DNA from: Parcubacteria group bacterium
Lineage (GTDB): Bacteria > Patescibacteriota > Minisyncoccia > Moranbacterales > UBA2206
Direction of reading: 5' to 3'
Assembly (NCBI GenBank): GCA_041674205.1
Contig: JBAYWF010000003.1
Location: 47,221 to 111,220 of the forward strand
Length of the DNA stretch: 64,000 nt
The position numbers and the translations under genes were made by a program. The notes beneath the pieces are model-generated. The model saw only the letters and a program-made list of their open reading frames with translations. It did not search any database and was not told where the DNA came from. Positions 20,545 through 31,257 of this stretch are shown here, piece after piece. The first letter of the stretch is position 1. Each line of letters begins with the position of its first letter.

Positions 20545-21366
20545 TCAGGACTTAGCTCCTTCACTCCGTGTATTTTTAATTATCTGGCTTAATTTTTTAT
20601 GCAATTCCTGAGAAGCCGCTAGGAATGTAAAATTATCCTCGGCCCTATCCAGATGATTTGCATAATCAATCGGATTTCCAAAAAAATCGGTATAAATTCC
20701 ACCTGCCTCTTCGATGACAACTTGCTGGGCGACATTATCCCAAATTTTGCTGGTGCGGTTCAGGAAAGCCCCATATTTTCCTTTGGCAACCATCGCCACA
20801 TCAAAAGCGCTGTTGCTTGTCCTGAGATTACGGATGTTTAAAACAATTTCCGCCAATAGTTCGCATTCGTTCCTCGTAAACTCCGGATTTTCTTGATGGC
20901 CATCGATACCGTATGCCACCAAAGAATTTTTCAAATCAGCCTCCCGGCTAATCACAATTTTTTCTCCGTTGCAATATGCGCCGTGGCCTTTTTCCGCGAC
21001 ATAGATTTCCGAATAACTCGGCAAGGCGATGCCACCCGCGACCGGCACATCGTCCTCCAGCAATCCGACCATTATCCCATACAAAGGGACTCCGCTGGCA
21101 AAATTGCTCGTGCCGTCGATTGGATCGACAACCCAAGTCAGATTGGATTTCTTATTTATGACTCCGGCTTCCTCATCGATGATATTATGCGTTGGAAACC
21201 GTTCTTGTATTTTTTCCACTATCGCTTGGCCGATTTTCAAATCAGTCTCCGTCAGAATCTGGTTATTATCCTCCATCTTCGCAACCCCGGACACCTTGCC
21301 GAAGCTATTCCTGGCTATCCCAGAAACCTCCTCTAAAATTTCAACTATGAAATCACCGTATCCCAT
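20545..21366 (-). CDS. Inositol monophosphatase family protein
   Basis: DEE, WVVDPIDGTSNF, WD motifs. Confidence 0.9.
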   Translation of the reverse strand: MGYGDFIVEILEEVSGIARNSFGKVSGVAKMEDNNQILTETDLKIGQAIVEKIQERFPTHNIIDEEAGVINKKSNLTWVVDPIDGTSNFASGVPLYGIMVGLLEDDVPVAGGIALPSYSEIYVAEKGHGAYCNGEKIVISREADLKNSLVAYGIDGHQENPEFTRNECELLAEIVLNIRNLRTSNSAFDVAMVAKGKYGAFLNRTSKIWDNVAQQVVIEEAGGIYTDFFGNPIDYANHLDRAEDNFTFLAASQELHKKLSQIIKNTRSEGAKS

Positions 21367-21413
21367 ATAATTAAAACTTAAATATTTACTCTTCCCTTAT
21401 ATATCGAAAACAC

Positions 21414-21761
21414 CTACTCCTGGACTCTTTCGTATCCGGTTTTTGCCAGCCATCGCTTGAAAGGTTCGGCCTTGGGAGAAGGGATTGATTGGATAATACG
21501 GAAAATTCCTTCTGTATTCGCACAATCAGTTTCACGCATTTTTCCATCAACAGCTAACATTTTCAACTGTAGACAAATTGTCGACGGTTCAAATCCATCC
21601 TCATCTTTTACTCTAATTTTCATCTTAAACCAATAATCACGAGAATTGACGCTGTCCGTAAGCGCCTCGACCACATCCACCACCGAAAACCACCATTCAC
21701 CCTAATAAATCTTCTTTCTGATCTCCTTGCCCTTAAAAATCACAATTTGAGTATTTTCCAA
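21414..21761 (-). pseudogene. Bro-N (phage antirepressor-like) pseudogene
   Basis: TTG start, in-frame TAG at 21702-21704 (…KKIY*GEWWFSVVDVVEALTDS), ends early after RIIQSIPSPKAEPFKRWLA…RVQE. Confidence 0.75.
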
Positions 21762-22235
21762 TATATTATTTATTTTTTTCATATTTTTTTGTTAGCTTGC
21801 TATAGTGATATAATACCACTATACGCAGCTGGCTGTCAACTTATCTCAAAAAAATTCCGACTTTTGTTGCTTTTGAAAGGCTAAGTCGCGATTCAGCCGT
21901 TCAGTTTGAAGATTTAGTCCCGAGAACTAATCATAAAATCTGGGTTAAAATACACCGCCTTCGACGCCTTGGCTTTCAAGATATTCCTTCTCATTTTCAT
22001 TTATAAACAAAAAGGCATTGTGTTCATGGGTAATCATTCCACCGATCATCTCTCCACTTCTTTCAAAATAGCGGATACCCCTGTTTGCCTCAATTCTACG
22101 CCCAAACCAAGCGTTTGGCAAAATAAAAAAGCTGTCTCTCAGCTTTCGGTTAAAAAAATAAGGACCTGCCAATCGAACTAGACTGGCAGGTCTTGGAAAA
22201 GAAGGGCGGATCCCATAGTTGATCAAGCGCGAATT

Positions 22236-22733
22236 CTACTTCTGCTGATTCAACTCTTCCTGCAACCTTTCATCCGCCGCTACGACATCCGCCGCAGCGT
22301 ATTGCCTGGCATCATGCAATCTGATAGCCACATTCTTGTCAGTCAGCGCTAAAATCTGAGCCGCCAAATAGGCTGCGTTTTTAGCCCCATTGATGGCTAC
22401 AGTAGCCACGGGCATACCTGGCGGCATTTGAACCGTAGAAAACAATGCATCTACTCCAGTCAAGGCCGATCCATCCAGAGGCACACCGATAACAGGTTTG
22501 ATCGTCTCGGCCGCCACCGCCCCAGCCAAATGGGCCGCCATACCCGCACCGCAAATGAAAATTTGACACCCCGCAGCTTCCATATCATCCACTAGCTGTC
22601 GGGTACGCTCAGGCGTGCGATGAGCGCTGGCTATATGCATTTTGCAACTGACCCCCAGTTGATCCAACACTTCCTTCGCCGGCAACATCTTTTTCTTGTT
22701 AGACTCACTCCCCATCAAAATCAACACTTTCAT
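22236..22733 (-). CDS. purE: N5-CAIR mutase
   Basis: MGSESN, SAHRTP, AGMAAHLAG, VQMPPGMPVAT; AGGAGG RBS upstream. Confidence 0.9.
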   Translation of the reverse strand: MKVLILMGSESNKKKMLPAKEVLDQLGVSCKMHIASAHRTPERTRQLVDDMEAAGCQIFICGAGMAAHLAGAVAAETIKPVIGVPLDGSALTGVDALFSTVQMPPGMPVATVAINGAKNAAYLAAQILALTDKNVAIRLHDARQYAAADVVAADERLQEELNQQK

Positions 22734-23102
22734 AAGCCACTTCCTCCTTTTGCACGCAGGCATTTAAGATTGAAAAACGGTAATCAAACACTTTGGTTAA
22801 ATTATCTCTTCTTTTCGATGCGGATCCCCTCCATTTTTAAGGTTCTAATAAAAAAACGGCTGCTCTCTTGAGCTTGTAGCGATTTTTCGTAAATTAAGCC
22901 TAGCTTATTGCCCGGCAAAAAGCAAGACTATCCAAGCACAGTATTGTAAATATTTTGAGATGCAAAAAAAATTTAAACGGCCAAATCACGATCCAGCCGT
23001 TTAAAAAATATGGAAAAATCCGTTTGAGATGTCAGTTTGGAAAATCAAGTAGGCGCCGACTACGAACGCGGAAAAACAAAGTCAACATCCTGGCGCGACA
23101 CT

Positions 23103-24389
23103 TTATGCGGGCTTCTTTTTCAATTGTCCCAACTCAGTCAGGTTGCGGGCGTTGTTTCTTGAAGATTCGGCCAAGAGTTTGTCGAGAGCGAAGACTTTCG
23201 GATTGACTTGCAGGGCGCGGTCATTGATGCCCAAAAGTTTGATGCCGGCCAGCGTGCGGACGCGTGAAAGAGCGACATAGCCCATACCGTATTCGAAAGA
23301 TTTGCTGAGATCCATTTCCACCGCGTCCAAGGTCATACCCTGGCTTTTGTGGACGGTGATCGCCCACGCCAAGCGGAGCGGAATTTGCGAAACGGAAGCC
23401 AAAGATTCGTCGTTTTCTTCAATCATCCACTTCTCCGGCGTCGCCACGATGGCTTTGCCGGACACCGTTCGCACGATCGGCATCCCTTTCTTATCAAAGC
23501 CCTCCACTTCTCCCAAAGTGCCATTGACATAGCCGCGGTCAAAATTGTTTTTTACGAACATCACGATCGCACCTTTTTTAAGCGCTAAATTTTCCGGCGC
23601 CAGACACCCTTTCTTCACCGCGGCGACCAGATATACATTACCGCTCTCCGTCATCCGGAACAACTTGGCTTCGCTTTTTATTTTCGCCAATTCCGCGGCA
23701 TTGATGGCGTCCACATTGGCATTATGGGTGAAAAGCCGCGTCGGTCTGAGAGTGTTTTCGATTTCAATGTTAGTGCGCGAAATCAAAAGTTTCTTGGTTT
23801 TTTCGTCGCACGATCGGGTTCGGATGTCATTCAGGATTTTAAGCATCTCCCGATCCTCTTGGCGGTGCTGCTCTTCCAGATAACAAACCTTCGGATCCAT
23901 TTCCCGCCAGGCGTCGGATTCGATGACGAAGCGCGCTTCCTCTCTGAATTTGGTGACCGGCGGCAACTGGAAAAAATCCCCGCACAGGATGACTTGCAAT
24001 CCGCCGAAAGCCAGGAAAGGCTCTTTGAAACTTTTACAAATATTATTGACGATGTCCAACTGATGGGCGTGCAACATCGAGATTTCATCGATGATCAAGA
24101 CTTTGGTTTTTTTGAAGCGCTCTTGCTGATAACCTCTTTTTTTGAGCTTATCGAAATCAGCCTCGTTGAAAGTTTCACTGATGCCCATACCCGACCAACT
24201 GTGGATCGTCTGCCCGTCCATATGGGTGGCGGCGATGCCGGTGGAGGCCGTCACGGCCACTCCGATATTCCGGCTTTTGAGATAATCGATATATTGTTTC
24301 AAAAGATAGGTCTTGCCGGAGCCGGCCGGACCGGTCAAAAAGACATTATATCCGAGTTTAAGAATTTCAAGGGCGGTTTTTTGTTTCAT
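23103..24389 (-). CDS. PIF1-family DNA helicase
   Basis: GPAGSGKT, IDEISM, GDFFQLPP, AWAITVHKSQG, YVALSR. Confidence 0.92.
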   Translation of the reverse strand: MKQKTALEILKLGYNVFLTGPAGSGKTYLLKQYIDYLKSRNIGVAVTASTGIAATHMDGQTIHSWSGMGISETFNEADFDKLKKRGYQQERFKKTKVLIIDEISMLHAHQLDIVNNICKSFKEPFLAFGGLQVILCGDFFQLPPVTKFREEARFVIESDAWREMDPKVCYLEEQHRQEDREMLKILNDIRTRSCDEKTKKLLISRTNIEIENTLRPTRLFTHNANVDAINAAELAKIKSEAKLFRMTESGNVYLVAAVKKGCLAPENLALKKGAIVMFVKNNFDRGYVNGTLGEVEGFDKKGMPIVRTVSGKAIVATPEKWMIEENDESLASVSQIPLRLAWAITVHKSQGMTLDAVEMDLSKSFEYGMGYVALSRVRTLAGIKLLGINDRALQVNPKVFALDKLLAESSRNNARNLTELGQLKKKPA

Positions 24390-24557
24390 CCCGCGCTGCT
24401 TTTCCAGTATGATTTATATTTCTAAATTATCCTGGAAAACATACAATAATTAATTCCCCGCCCATAGAACGGCTTTGCGACACGATCAATTTGGAAAACC
24501 AGCGCGGGATCCCATTCCTTCCAGTCCGCGCTCCCTTTCGCTTTTTCCATTGCGGAT

Positions 24558-25664
24558 CTAGATGCCTTGGTTTTTCAATTTTTCCAACAAATCTTTCTGT
24601 TCGCGGCTCAAGCTTTTCGGAACCTTGACCACCACCGTCACCAATTGGCTGCCCACGCCGCGGCCATTCAGTTCCGGCACGCCTTCACCCTTGACGCGGA
24701 AGACCTCGCCGGATTGCGTGCCAGCCGGAATTTTCAAAATCAAGCTGCCTTTGACGGTTTCGATTTCAATTTTACCGCCCAATGCCACCACGGAAAAAGG
24801 CACGGATTCGGTGCTCAAAATATCCTGGCCCTTGCGTTTGAATTTCCTATGCGGCAAGACGCGCAGATTGATATATAAATCGCCGGCTGGCGCGCCTTTC
24901 TCACCCGCCTCGCCCTGGCCTTGCATCGACATCGTCTGGCCATCGGCGATTCCGGCCGGTATATCCAATTGGATCTTTTGCTCCTCTTTGACCCTTCCGT
25001 CGCCTCCGCACTTGGAACATTTTTTCTCATAAATCTTGCCTTCCCCATGGCATTCTGGACATTCCGACACTTGCGAAAAACTGCCGAACAAACTGCGCCG
25101 CATCGTTTCCACCTGGCCTGAACCCTTGCAAGTCGGGCAAGTTTTCATATCGGCATGGGGTTCGCCGCCGGTGCCGTGGCAACGATCGCACGCTACCCGT
25201 TTATACAAATCCAAATTTTTTCTGATCCCGGTTACCATTTCCGCAAAAGTTATTTCCACATCCACCTGGATATCGGCGCCGCGCGAACGCCGGCGCGCCC
25301 GGGAACCGCCTCCGAAAATATTGGAAAAAATATCATCAAAACCTTCTCCGCCGAATTCAAAACCGCTGTTCTGTCCGCCGAAGCCTTGGAAGCCGGAAAA
25401 ATCAAAACCGCCGAAGCCTTGTCCGCCGAAGCCGTTGCCGGCGCCGCTGCCGCCTTCGAAAGTTTGTCCGAATTGGTCATACTGCTGGCGTTTGCTCTGA
25501 TCCGATAAAACCTGGTAGGCTTCATTTATCTCTTTGAACTTAGCTTCATCCCCGCCTGACTTATCCGGGTGGTGCTTATGCGCCAATTTCCGATAAGCCT
25601 TTTTGATTTCATCATCCGTCGCACCCTTGGAAACCCCTAAAATATCATAATAATTCTTCGCCAT
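24558..25664 (-). CDS. dnaJ: Chaperone DnaJ
   Basis: HPD J-domain, G/F-rich region, four CxxCxGxG. Confidence 0.96.
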   Translation of the reverse strand: MAKNYYDILGVSKGATDDEIKKAYRKLAHKHHPDKSGGDEAKFKEINEAYQVLSDQSKRQQYDQFGQTFEGGSGAGNGFGGQGFGGFDFSGFQGFGGQNSGFEFGGEGFDDIFSNIFGGGSRARRRSRGADIQVDVEITFAEMVTGIRKNLDLYKRVACDRCHGTGGEPHADMKTCPTCKGSGQVETMRRSLFGSFSQVSECPECHGEGKIYEKKCSKCGGDGRVKEEQKIQLDIPAGIADGQTMSMQGQGEAGEKGAPAGDLYINLRVLPHRKFKRKGQDILSTESVPFSVVALGGKIEIETVKGSLILKIPAGTQSGEVFRVKGEGVPELNGRGVGSQLVTVVVKVPKSLSREQKDLLEKLKNQGI

Positions 25665-25718
25665 ATATTTTAAATACGCTTTATTCTTACCAATCCAATC
25701 TAGCACGGAAACAACAAA

Positions 25719-25745
25719 TTAGCAATCCCTCATCAAGAGTGCTAA
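25719..25745. promoter_or_regulatory. CIRCE operator (HrcA) upstream of dnaJ
   Basis: TTAGCAATC-N9-GAGTGCTAA, one mismatch to consensus. Confidence 0.9.
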
Positions 25746-25765
25746 GGACTCGGTTCCAACTTCCC

Positions 25766-26833
25766 TCATTCGATAATCTCCATTTCAACCGGAACCCGTA
25801 TGATGCGTACCAATCCGGTCCTTCTGAAAATCCAAAATGCCGATCCAGCCAACAGAATCCAAATCGGACTCAAGGCCGAGCCTAAAGACAAAACCGTCAG
25901 GAACAATCCGATGGCCATTATGGCCGGCAGTGAAGATGTTTTCCCCGGAGCCACCGATTCCGAGCTGAAATATTGGTCGATTTTCCGGTTTACGATGCCC
26001 GAAAAAACATCCGCGATTTTTTCATCACCGGTCAGATCGCTACCGTAAATTTCTGAAAATTTACGCCTTCCTTCCTGCAAGATCAAGATTTGCTGTTCCC
26101 GCCCCAGTTCCACGCTGGTATTCGCGGCTTTTTTCAAAGTTTCATCTTTCAATATTTTCTTTTGCGCGTCCGTCAAACCAGGGTTGGATTTTTCAATCGC
26201 CTGATCGATCTGGATGTCCATAGCGCTCGAAATTACCACGTCATTCCCCTGCCCTTCCTGTATCTGCGATATGAATTGATCGACTGTCAACCCCTCCTGG
26301 CTGATATCCTTTAAATCCGGATTCAGCAACGTCAAAATTTTGGAAGTCAGATTTCCCGAAATTGAGCTTACGCGGAATTGCGGAACGATGCGGTCCGCGT
26401 CAAAATTTTTCGCCGAAGCGTAATATTGGCTGGCAATCATAAAAGAAACCGCCAACAGGACTAATGTGTTGCCGGCGCGGATGGATTTCCATAGGCTTAC
26501 CCAGATATTCAGTCGCACATCGTCCATTATCCTGGTTATCCCCCAAGCCAAAAAAACATAAGCCGCGAAAACCGCATTCAAATGTCCAAGGCTGTGCACG
26601 AAAATGAAACTCAACAAAATGGAAGCTGAAAACAGCCATTGCAATATTTCAGTCCGCTTGATAACGATGGCATTCAGATATGCCAGCACGAAGTAGGCCG
26701 AAAAGAAGCTTACTGGCACCGCCCAGATGCCAGCCCCCGGAACATTCACCGCCCGATCGACCGAACGCCAGGCCAGAAAAGAAACTATCAGAAAAAGAGC
26801 CGCCAAAACATATTTTAGGATTTTTGTTTTCAA
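25766..26833 (-). CDS. Multi-TM membrane protein with a large extracytoplasmic loop
   Basis: Hydrophobicity pattern. Confidence 0.7.
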   Translation of the reverse strand: MKTKILKYVLAALFLIVSFLAWRSVDRAVNVPGAGIWAVPVSFFSAYFVLAYLNAIVIKRTEILQWLFSASILLSFIFVHSLGHLNAVFAAYVFLAWGITRIMDDVRLNIWVSLWKSIRAGNTLVLLAVSFMIASQYYASAKNFDADRIVPQFRVSSISGNLTSKILTLLNPDLKDISQEGLTVDQFISQIQEGQGNDVVISSAMDIQIDQAIEKSNPGLTDAQKKILKDETLKKAANTSVELGREQQILILQEGRRKFSEIYGSDLTGDEKIADVFSGIVNRKIDQYFSSESVAPGKTSSLPAIMAIGLFLTVLSLGSALSPIWILLAGSAFWIFRRTGLVRIIRVPVEMEIIE

Positions 26834-26842
26834 ATTTGGGAA

Positions 26843-27292
26843 TTATTTATTAGAAAAACGATAGACATTCGTTTTGCGGCGCTCGAACCCGATCGACTGG
26901 TAGAGCTGGTTGGCGATTTTCCTCTGCGGCCGGCTGGTCAGATCGATATATTTCATCCCTAGGGCCCGGCTTTTATCCAAAAGGATCTGCATTATTTTCC
27001 GTCCCAACCCCTGGCCGCGGTATTCTTCATCAACAACGACATCTTCGATGCTGCCGCAAAAAGAAAATATTTTCCGAAGCGGTATCAATGTCCCCATACC
27101 GACCAGGACGTTTCCCTGGGCAGAATCGCGTATCGTCATTATTATCCCGGAATGCATGACCTCCTTGATTCTTCTATAATCCACCGCGGCAGCCTCCGGA
27201 TTTAATTGCTTCAGCAACCCGTTCACCGCCGAGATATCCGCCGCCTTGATATCGTTTTCCCCGATCAAAAATTTGGCTGGTATTTTTTTCAT
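26843..27292 (-). CDS. GNAT acetyltransferase
   Basis: IEDVVVDEEYRGQGLG, LYQSIGF. Confidence 0.9.
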   Translation of the reverse strand: MKKIPAKFLIGENDIKAADISAVNGLLKQLNPEAAAVDYRRIKEVMHSGIIMTIRDSAQGNVLVGMGTLIPLRKIFSFCGSIEDVVVDEEYRGQGLGRKIMQILLDKSRALGMKYIDLTSRPQRKIANQLYQSIGFERRKTNVYRFSNK

Positions 27293-27437
27293 CTTGTTTC
27301 CGGCTAAATATTAGCTTTGCCTGAATTCTACAATAAAATCACCGCACACACAAACGGCGGAATTCCGGGAAAATTAAAAGGGAGGCATCGGATGAATCCG
27401 ACCCTCCCTAGGTTGATCTTTCTGGGGCTGCCCTTTT

Positions 27438-27809
27438 TTACTTTTTAGGAATAAAATACAACAGCAGCTCCCCAATCCGGAGACTGGACGACATTCTATC
27501 CAGAAACTCTCCGAAATTGAGCTTTCCGCCTTCGCGCATTTCTAAGACATACTTATCAATGCGCCCCTCTGAGTCACGCTCTTCTTGGATTGAAAGTTTT
27601 ATCGACCTCGCAAAAGCGTCCTCTATTTCTTTTTGCAAAACGGAGATATCGTCCGTGAAAGAGTTCTCCACATTTAGGATAATTTTTACATCCATTCCCT
27701 GTGAAAAAATTTTAGCATACTTCATATTGCCATCGTTAAATATCACTCTGACATATCTGCCCTTAGGAGAATTAATATCTCCTTTCACTGTTGCCGTATT
27801 CATACGCAC
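27438..27809 (-). CDS. Hypothetical protein
   Basis: Isolated AT-rich ORF with an upstream promoter-like sequence and a downstream hairpin. Confidence 0.55.
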   Translation of the reverse strand: MRMNTATVKGDINSPKGRYVRVIFNDGNMKYAKIFSQGMDVKIILNVENSFTDDISVLQKEIEDAFARSIKLSIQEERDSEGRIDKYVLEMREGGKLNFGEFLDRMSSSLRIGELLLYFIPKK

Positions 27810-27899
27810 CCCCGTGCTGATAAATTTTTAAAAAACACTCTCATTAAGTAACTGTGATTTATACCGCAAAAAAACCTTCCTGTCAATAGGTACTACAAA

Positions 27900-28196
27900 T
27901 CAAAAGACACCTTCGGTCAAAAAACCGTAAAAGACGTACAAAAACGCGCAATTTTGCAGAATCAGCAAAGGGATCCCGATGATGAAATACCATTTCCGGG
28001 TTTTGTGGCGGAAAGCGAACATCCCGGCATAAACCCCGATACTGCCGAAAACCGTAGCCATAAAAAACAACAAGCCTTCGGAAATCCTTTCCGCGCCCGC
28101 TTTCCGCGAGTTGAGTTTGTCAAAAAGCATAATCAAAAAAGCGGCGGCGTTGATCGCTAGGAAGAAAATTATGACGCCTAGGGAAACGGGATCCAT
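27900..28196 (-). CDS. DUF1294 membrane protein
   Basis: DK…RISE…GSIG…FRHKTRK. Confidence 0.88.
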   Translation of the reverse strand: MDPVSLGVIIFFLAINAAAFLIMLFDKLNSRKAGAERISEGLLFFMATVFGSIGVYAGMFAFRHKTRKWYFIIGIPLLILQNCAFLYVFYGFLTEGVF

Positions 28197-28210
28197 CGGA
28201 GTTGTTATAT

Positions 28211-30007
28211 TTATCTTTTTAGAACCGCCAAAAAAGCGTCCGACGGGATGCTTACGCGGCCGATGCTTTTCATTTTCTTTTTTCCTTTTTTCTGTTTTTC
28301 CAAAAGTTTCCTTTTACGCGTGATGTCCCCGCCATACAGTCCGCTGGTCACGTCCTTGCGGAAAGCCTGGATGCTTTCGCGCGCGATCACTTTGCCACCG
28401 ATAGTCGCCTGCAGGGCGATTAGAAAATTCTGTTTCGGAATCGAGTTCTTCAGCTTCTCCACGATCGCCTTGCCTTCCGAATTGGCCTTTTCCCTCGGCA
28501 CGATGCGCGAAAAAGCGTCGAATTTTTCCCCCGCCACCAGGATATCAAGTTTCACCAGGTCATTCGGCCGGTAATCCTTGATTTCATAATTCATCGAAGC
28601 ATATCCGGAAGAAGCGCTTTTCAAATCATCATGCAGATTGGTGATGACATCCGTCAAGGGGCAATCGAACGTCAAGATGATCCGCTCACTGTCGATATAT
28701 TCCGTATTCGAATATTGCGCCCGCGTATTGCGCATCACTTCCATAATCGAACCCAGATACGCGGCTGGCGAAATGATGTCCAGCTTGGCATAGGGTTCAT
28801 ATATATTGTCGATCACCGACGCGTCCGGCATTTCGGTAGCGGAATAAATTTTTATCCGTTCAGTTTTCCCTTTTATTTCCACTTCATACACGACGCTCGG
28901 CGTGGTGATGGTCGGACTGATTTCAAATTCCCGCTCCAGCCTGGATTGGATGATTTCCAAATGCAGCATCCCCAGGAACCCGCAACGGAAACCGCGCCCC
29001 AAGGCCTGGCTCGACTCCGGCTCGAATTCAAAGGCCGCGTCATTGAGCTTCAACTTGTCCAAGGCGTCGCGCATAAAATTGTAGTCGTCGCCCTCGATCG
29101 GATAAAAAGAAGCATACACCATCGGCGTCACTTTCTTGTAGCCTGGCAAACTTTCCACCTTGCCGCGGTACCCGGCCAAGGTGATCGTATCGCCCACCCG
29201 GCAATATTCCACGCTTTTGAAACCGGTAGCCAGATAGCCGATATCGCCGGCCGTCAGATTGCCTATCTTTTGCATATCCGGTTTGAAATAACCCACTTCC
29301 ACCACATCGCTGTCGGCCATTCCCGCCATCATCGCCACTTTGTCATCACGTTTCACACTGCCATCCAACACCCGCACATACGCCACCACGCCTTTGTACG
29401 TATCGTATTTCGAATCGAAAATAAGCGCCCGCAACGGTTTGCCGGCATCGCCCTTCGGATACGGTATGGTCTTGACGATTTCTTCCAAGAGTTTGTCCAC
29501 GCCCAAACCGGTTTTGCCGGAAACTTCAAAAATATCTTCTTCTTTGCAACCCAGGACATGGATGATTTCTTTCTTCACTTTCGGCGCGTCGGCGTTCGGC
29601 AAATCCACCTTATTGACCACGGGAATGATTTCCAAACCTTGCTCGATGGCCAGATACAGATTGGACAAGGTCTGTGCCTGCACGCCCTTGGTCGCATCCA
29701 CCAGAAGCACCGCGCCCTCCACCGCCGCCAAAGACCGCGAAACCTCGTAGCCGAAATCCACGTGTCCCGGCGTATCAATCAGGTTCAAGACATATTTTTC
29801 GCCGTTGAGTTCGTAATCCATCCGCACCGGCTGCAGCTTGATGGTGATGCCGCGCTCCCGCTCCAAATCCATCTGATCCAAGAGTTGCGCCTTCATATTC
29901 CTTTGTTCCACGGTGTGGGTCAGCTCTAAAAGCCGATCCGAAAGGGTCGACTTGCCGTGGTCTATGTGGGCGATGATACAGAAATTCCTAACGTTCTTTT
30001 GGCTCAT
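28211..30007 (-). CDS. lepA: Elongation factor 4
   Basis: IIAHIDHGKSTL, GFRCGFLGMLH, LYGGDITRKRKLL. Confidence 0.98.
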   Translation of the reverse strand: MSQKNVRNFCIIAHIDHGKSTLSDRLLELTHTVEQRNMKAQLLDQMDLERERGITIKLQPVRMDYELNGEKYVLNLIDTPGHVDFGYEVSRSLAAVEGAVLLVDATKGVQAQTLSNLYLAIEQGLEIIPVVNKVDLPNADAPKVKKEIIHVLGCKEEDIFEVSGKTGLGVDKLLEEIVKTIPYPKGDAGKPLRALIFDSKYDTYKGVVAYVRVLDGSVKRDDKVAMMAGMADSDVVEVGYFKPDMQKIGNLTAGDIGYLATGFKSVEYCRVGDTITLAGYRGKVESLPGYKKVTPMVYASFYPIEGDDYNFMRDALDKLKLNDAAFEFEPESSQALGRGFRCGFLGMLHLEIIQSRLEREFEISPTITTPSVVYEVEIKGKTERIKIYSATEMPDASVIDNIYEPYAKLDIISPAAYLGSIMEVMRNTRAQYSNTEYIDSERIILTFDCPLTDVITNLHDDLKSASSGYASMNYEIKDYRPNDLVKLDILVAGEKFDAFSRIVPREKANSEGKAIVEKLKNSIPKQNFLIALQATIGGKVIARESIQAFRKDVTSGLYGGDITRKRKLLEKQKKGKKKMKSIGRVSIPSDAFLAVLKR

Positions 30008-30118
30008 ATAGTCTCCATCTTAGCCTAGAATCGGAGAATAATCAAGGATTTGGGACAAGCGGATCGGAATAATCTTTAAAGCTTAACTTCCCTGCGCATA
30101 TTACGGTTTTTTTATCTT

Positions 30119-31219
30119 TTATTTTTCAACACGCTTTAAAACTTTGACAATCCCCGCATATGCGTCGACTTCTATCAAATCCCCATCATGCAGGACTTGG
30201 GTCGCATTCTTAGTGCCCACGATACAAGGAATATTGAATTCCCGAGATACGATGGCGGCGTGGGAAAGCATGCCACCCTGGTTGGTGACTATGGCAGCTG
30301 CTTTTTTGCAAGCCATCATCAATTCCGGTCCGGTTGTCTCGACAATCAATATTTGTCCGCTTGCCATCGAACCTATGATTTCAATCCTTTCATTCTCATC
30401 CACGTCAAGAATATCGCTTTTGAGAACCTTTGCCGTTCCGCGAACCCTGCCCTTATTCGCGATATGGCCAACGATAGTGTTTTCTCCTGTTTTATCTTCC
30501 ATATTCCGTATGATTTTTTTAGCATCTTCGCCAAATAAAATCCGCATTTTATTATCAAGGAAGATTGCGACATAAGCTGTCCGCCTATCCCCTAATTGCT
30601 TCTGAACGACTTTTTCACCTTTAAAAAGCAGCAGGACCTCTTCAATGGAATAAAGTTGCAGGTCATTGGACGGTACGGTAAATTTTTTTGAAAGCTTGGC
30701 TATAAGCCTATGGAAATAACTGCTTTTTTCAAAAGACATCCTATTGATGAATCCCTTGGCTCTCAATCTGAAATCTCCAAAATCACCGAAGTTTTTTTCA
30801 ATATTGTTTTGCGCCCCATCGGCATAAAAAAATTCAGTTTTGGAATAAAAGAAATAAAACTGGGCTACGAGTTCTAGAAATTTTTTAACATCCTCCTGTT
30901 TTATATTTTGAGTTTCGATTTCCAACGTGTTTTTGAAGAAAATTTCCGATCTTTCCATATATTCCTCGAAGTTTTTTCTAAATCGTCCTATATCCGGTTT
31001 GCTTTTATAAAATCTCCCGCCTTCGCTAAGGGCAAGTCCTAGTTTTTGTTTGGAAATATATCTATCAAGTGTTTCGCCATCGAAAACCGCCAACAGATCC
31101 ATTGATCGGTAAAACTCAGAAAACAGCTCGAGCCCTAAAAAATAAGGCGCGCTGACTTTCCCGCCAAAAAGCCTTTGATAATTATCAAGGTCTATTTTAT
31201 TAATATTTTTTTCAACCAT
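30119..31219 (-). CDS. Orphan PEP-utilising phospho-His domain protein
   Basis: C-terminal TNQGGMLSHAAIVSREFNIPCIVG; no nucleotide-binding domain. Confidence 0.8.
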   Translation of the reverse strand: MVEKNINKIDLDNYQRLFGGKVSAPYFLGLELFSEFYRSMDLLAVFDGETLDRYISKQKLGLALSEGGRFYKSKPDIGRFRKNFEEYMERSEIFFKNTLEIETQNIKQEDVKKFLELVAQFYFFYSKTEFFYADGAQNNIEKNFGDFGDFRLRAKGFINRMSFEKSSYFHRLIAKLSKKFTVPSNDLQLYSIEEVLLLFKGEKVVQKQLGDRRTAYVAIFLDNKMRILFGEDAKKIIRNMEDKTGENTIVGHIANKGRVRGTAKVLKSDILDVDENERIEIIGSMASGQILIVETTGPELMMACKKAAAIVTNQGGMLSHAAIVSREFNIPCIVGTKNATQVLHDGDLIEVDAYAGIVKVLKRVEK

Positions 31220-31257
31220 ATATGAATATCATTAAAAAAAATAATCGTTTTTGTATT

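Noticed and set aside
21945-22226. 93-aa ORF downstream of purE
   Set aside because: TTG start, no motif, overlaps a probable hairpin region; not supportable
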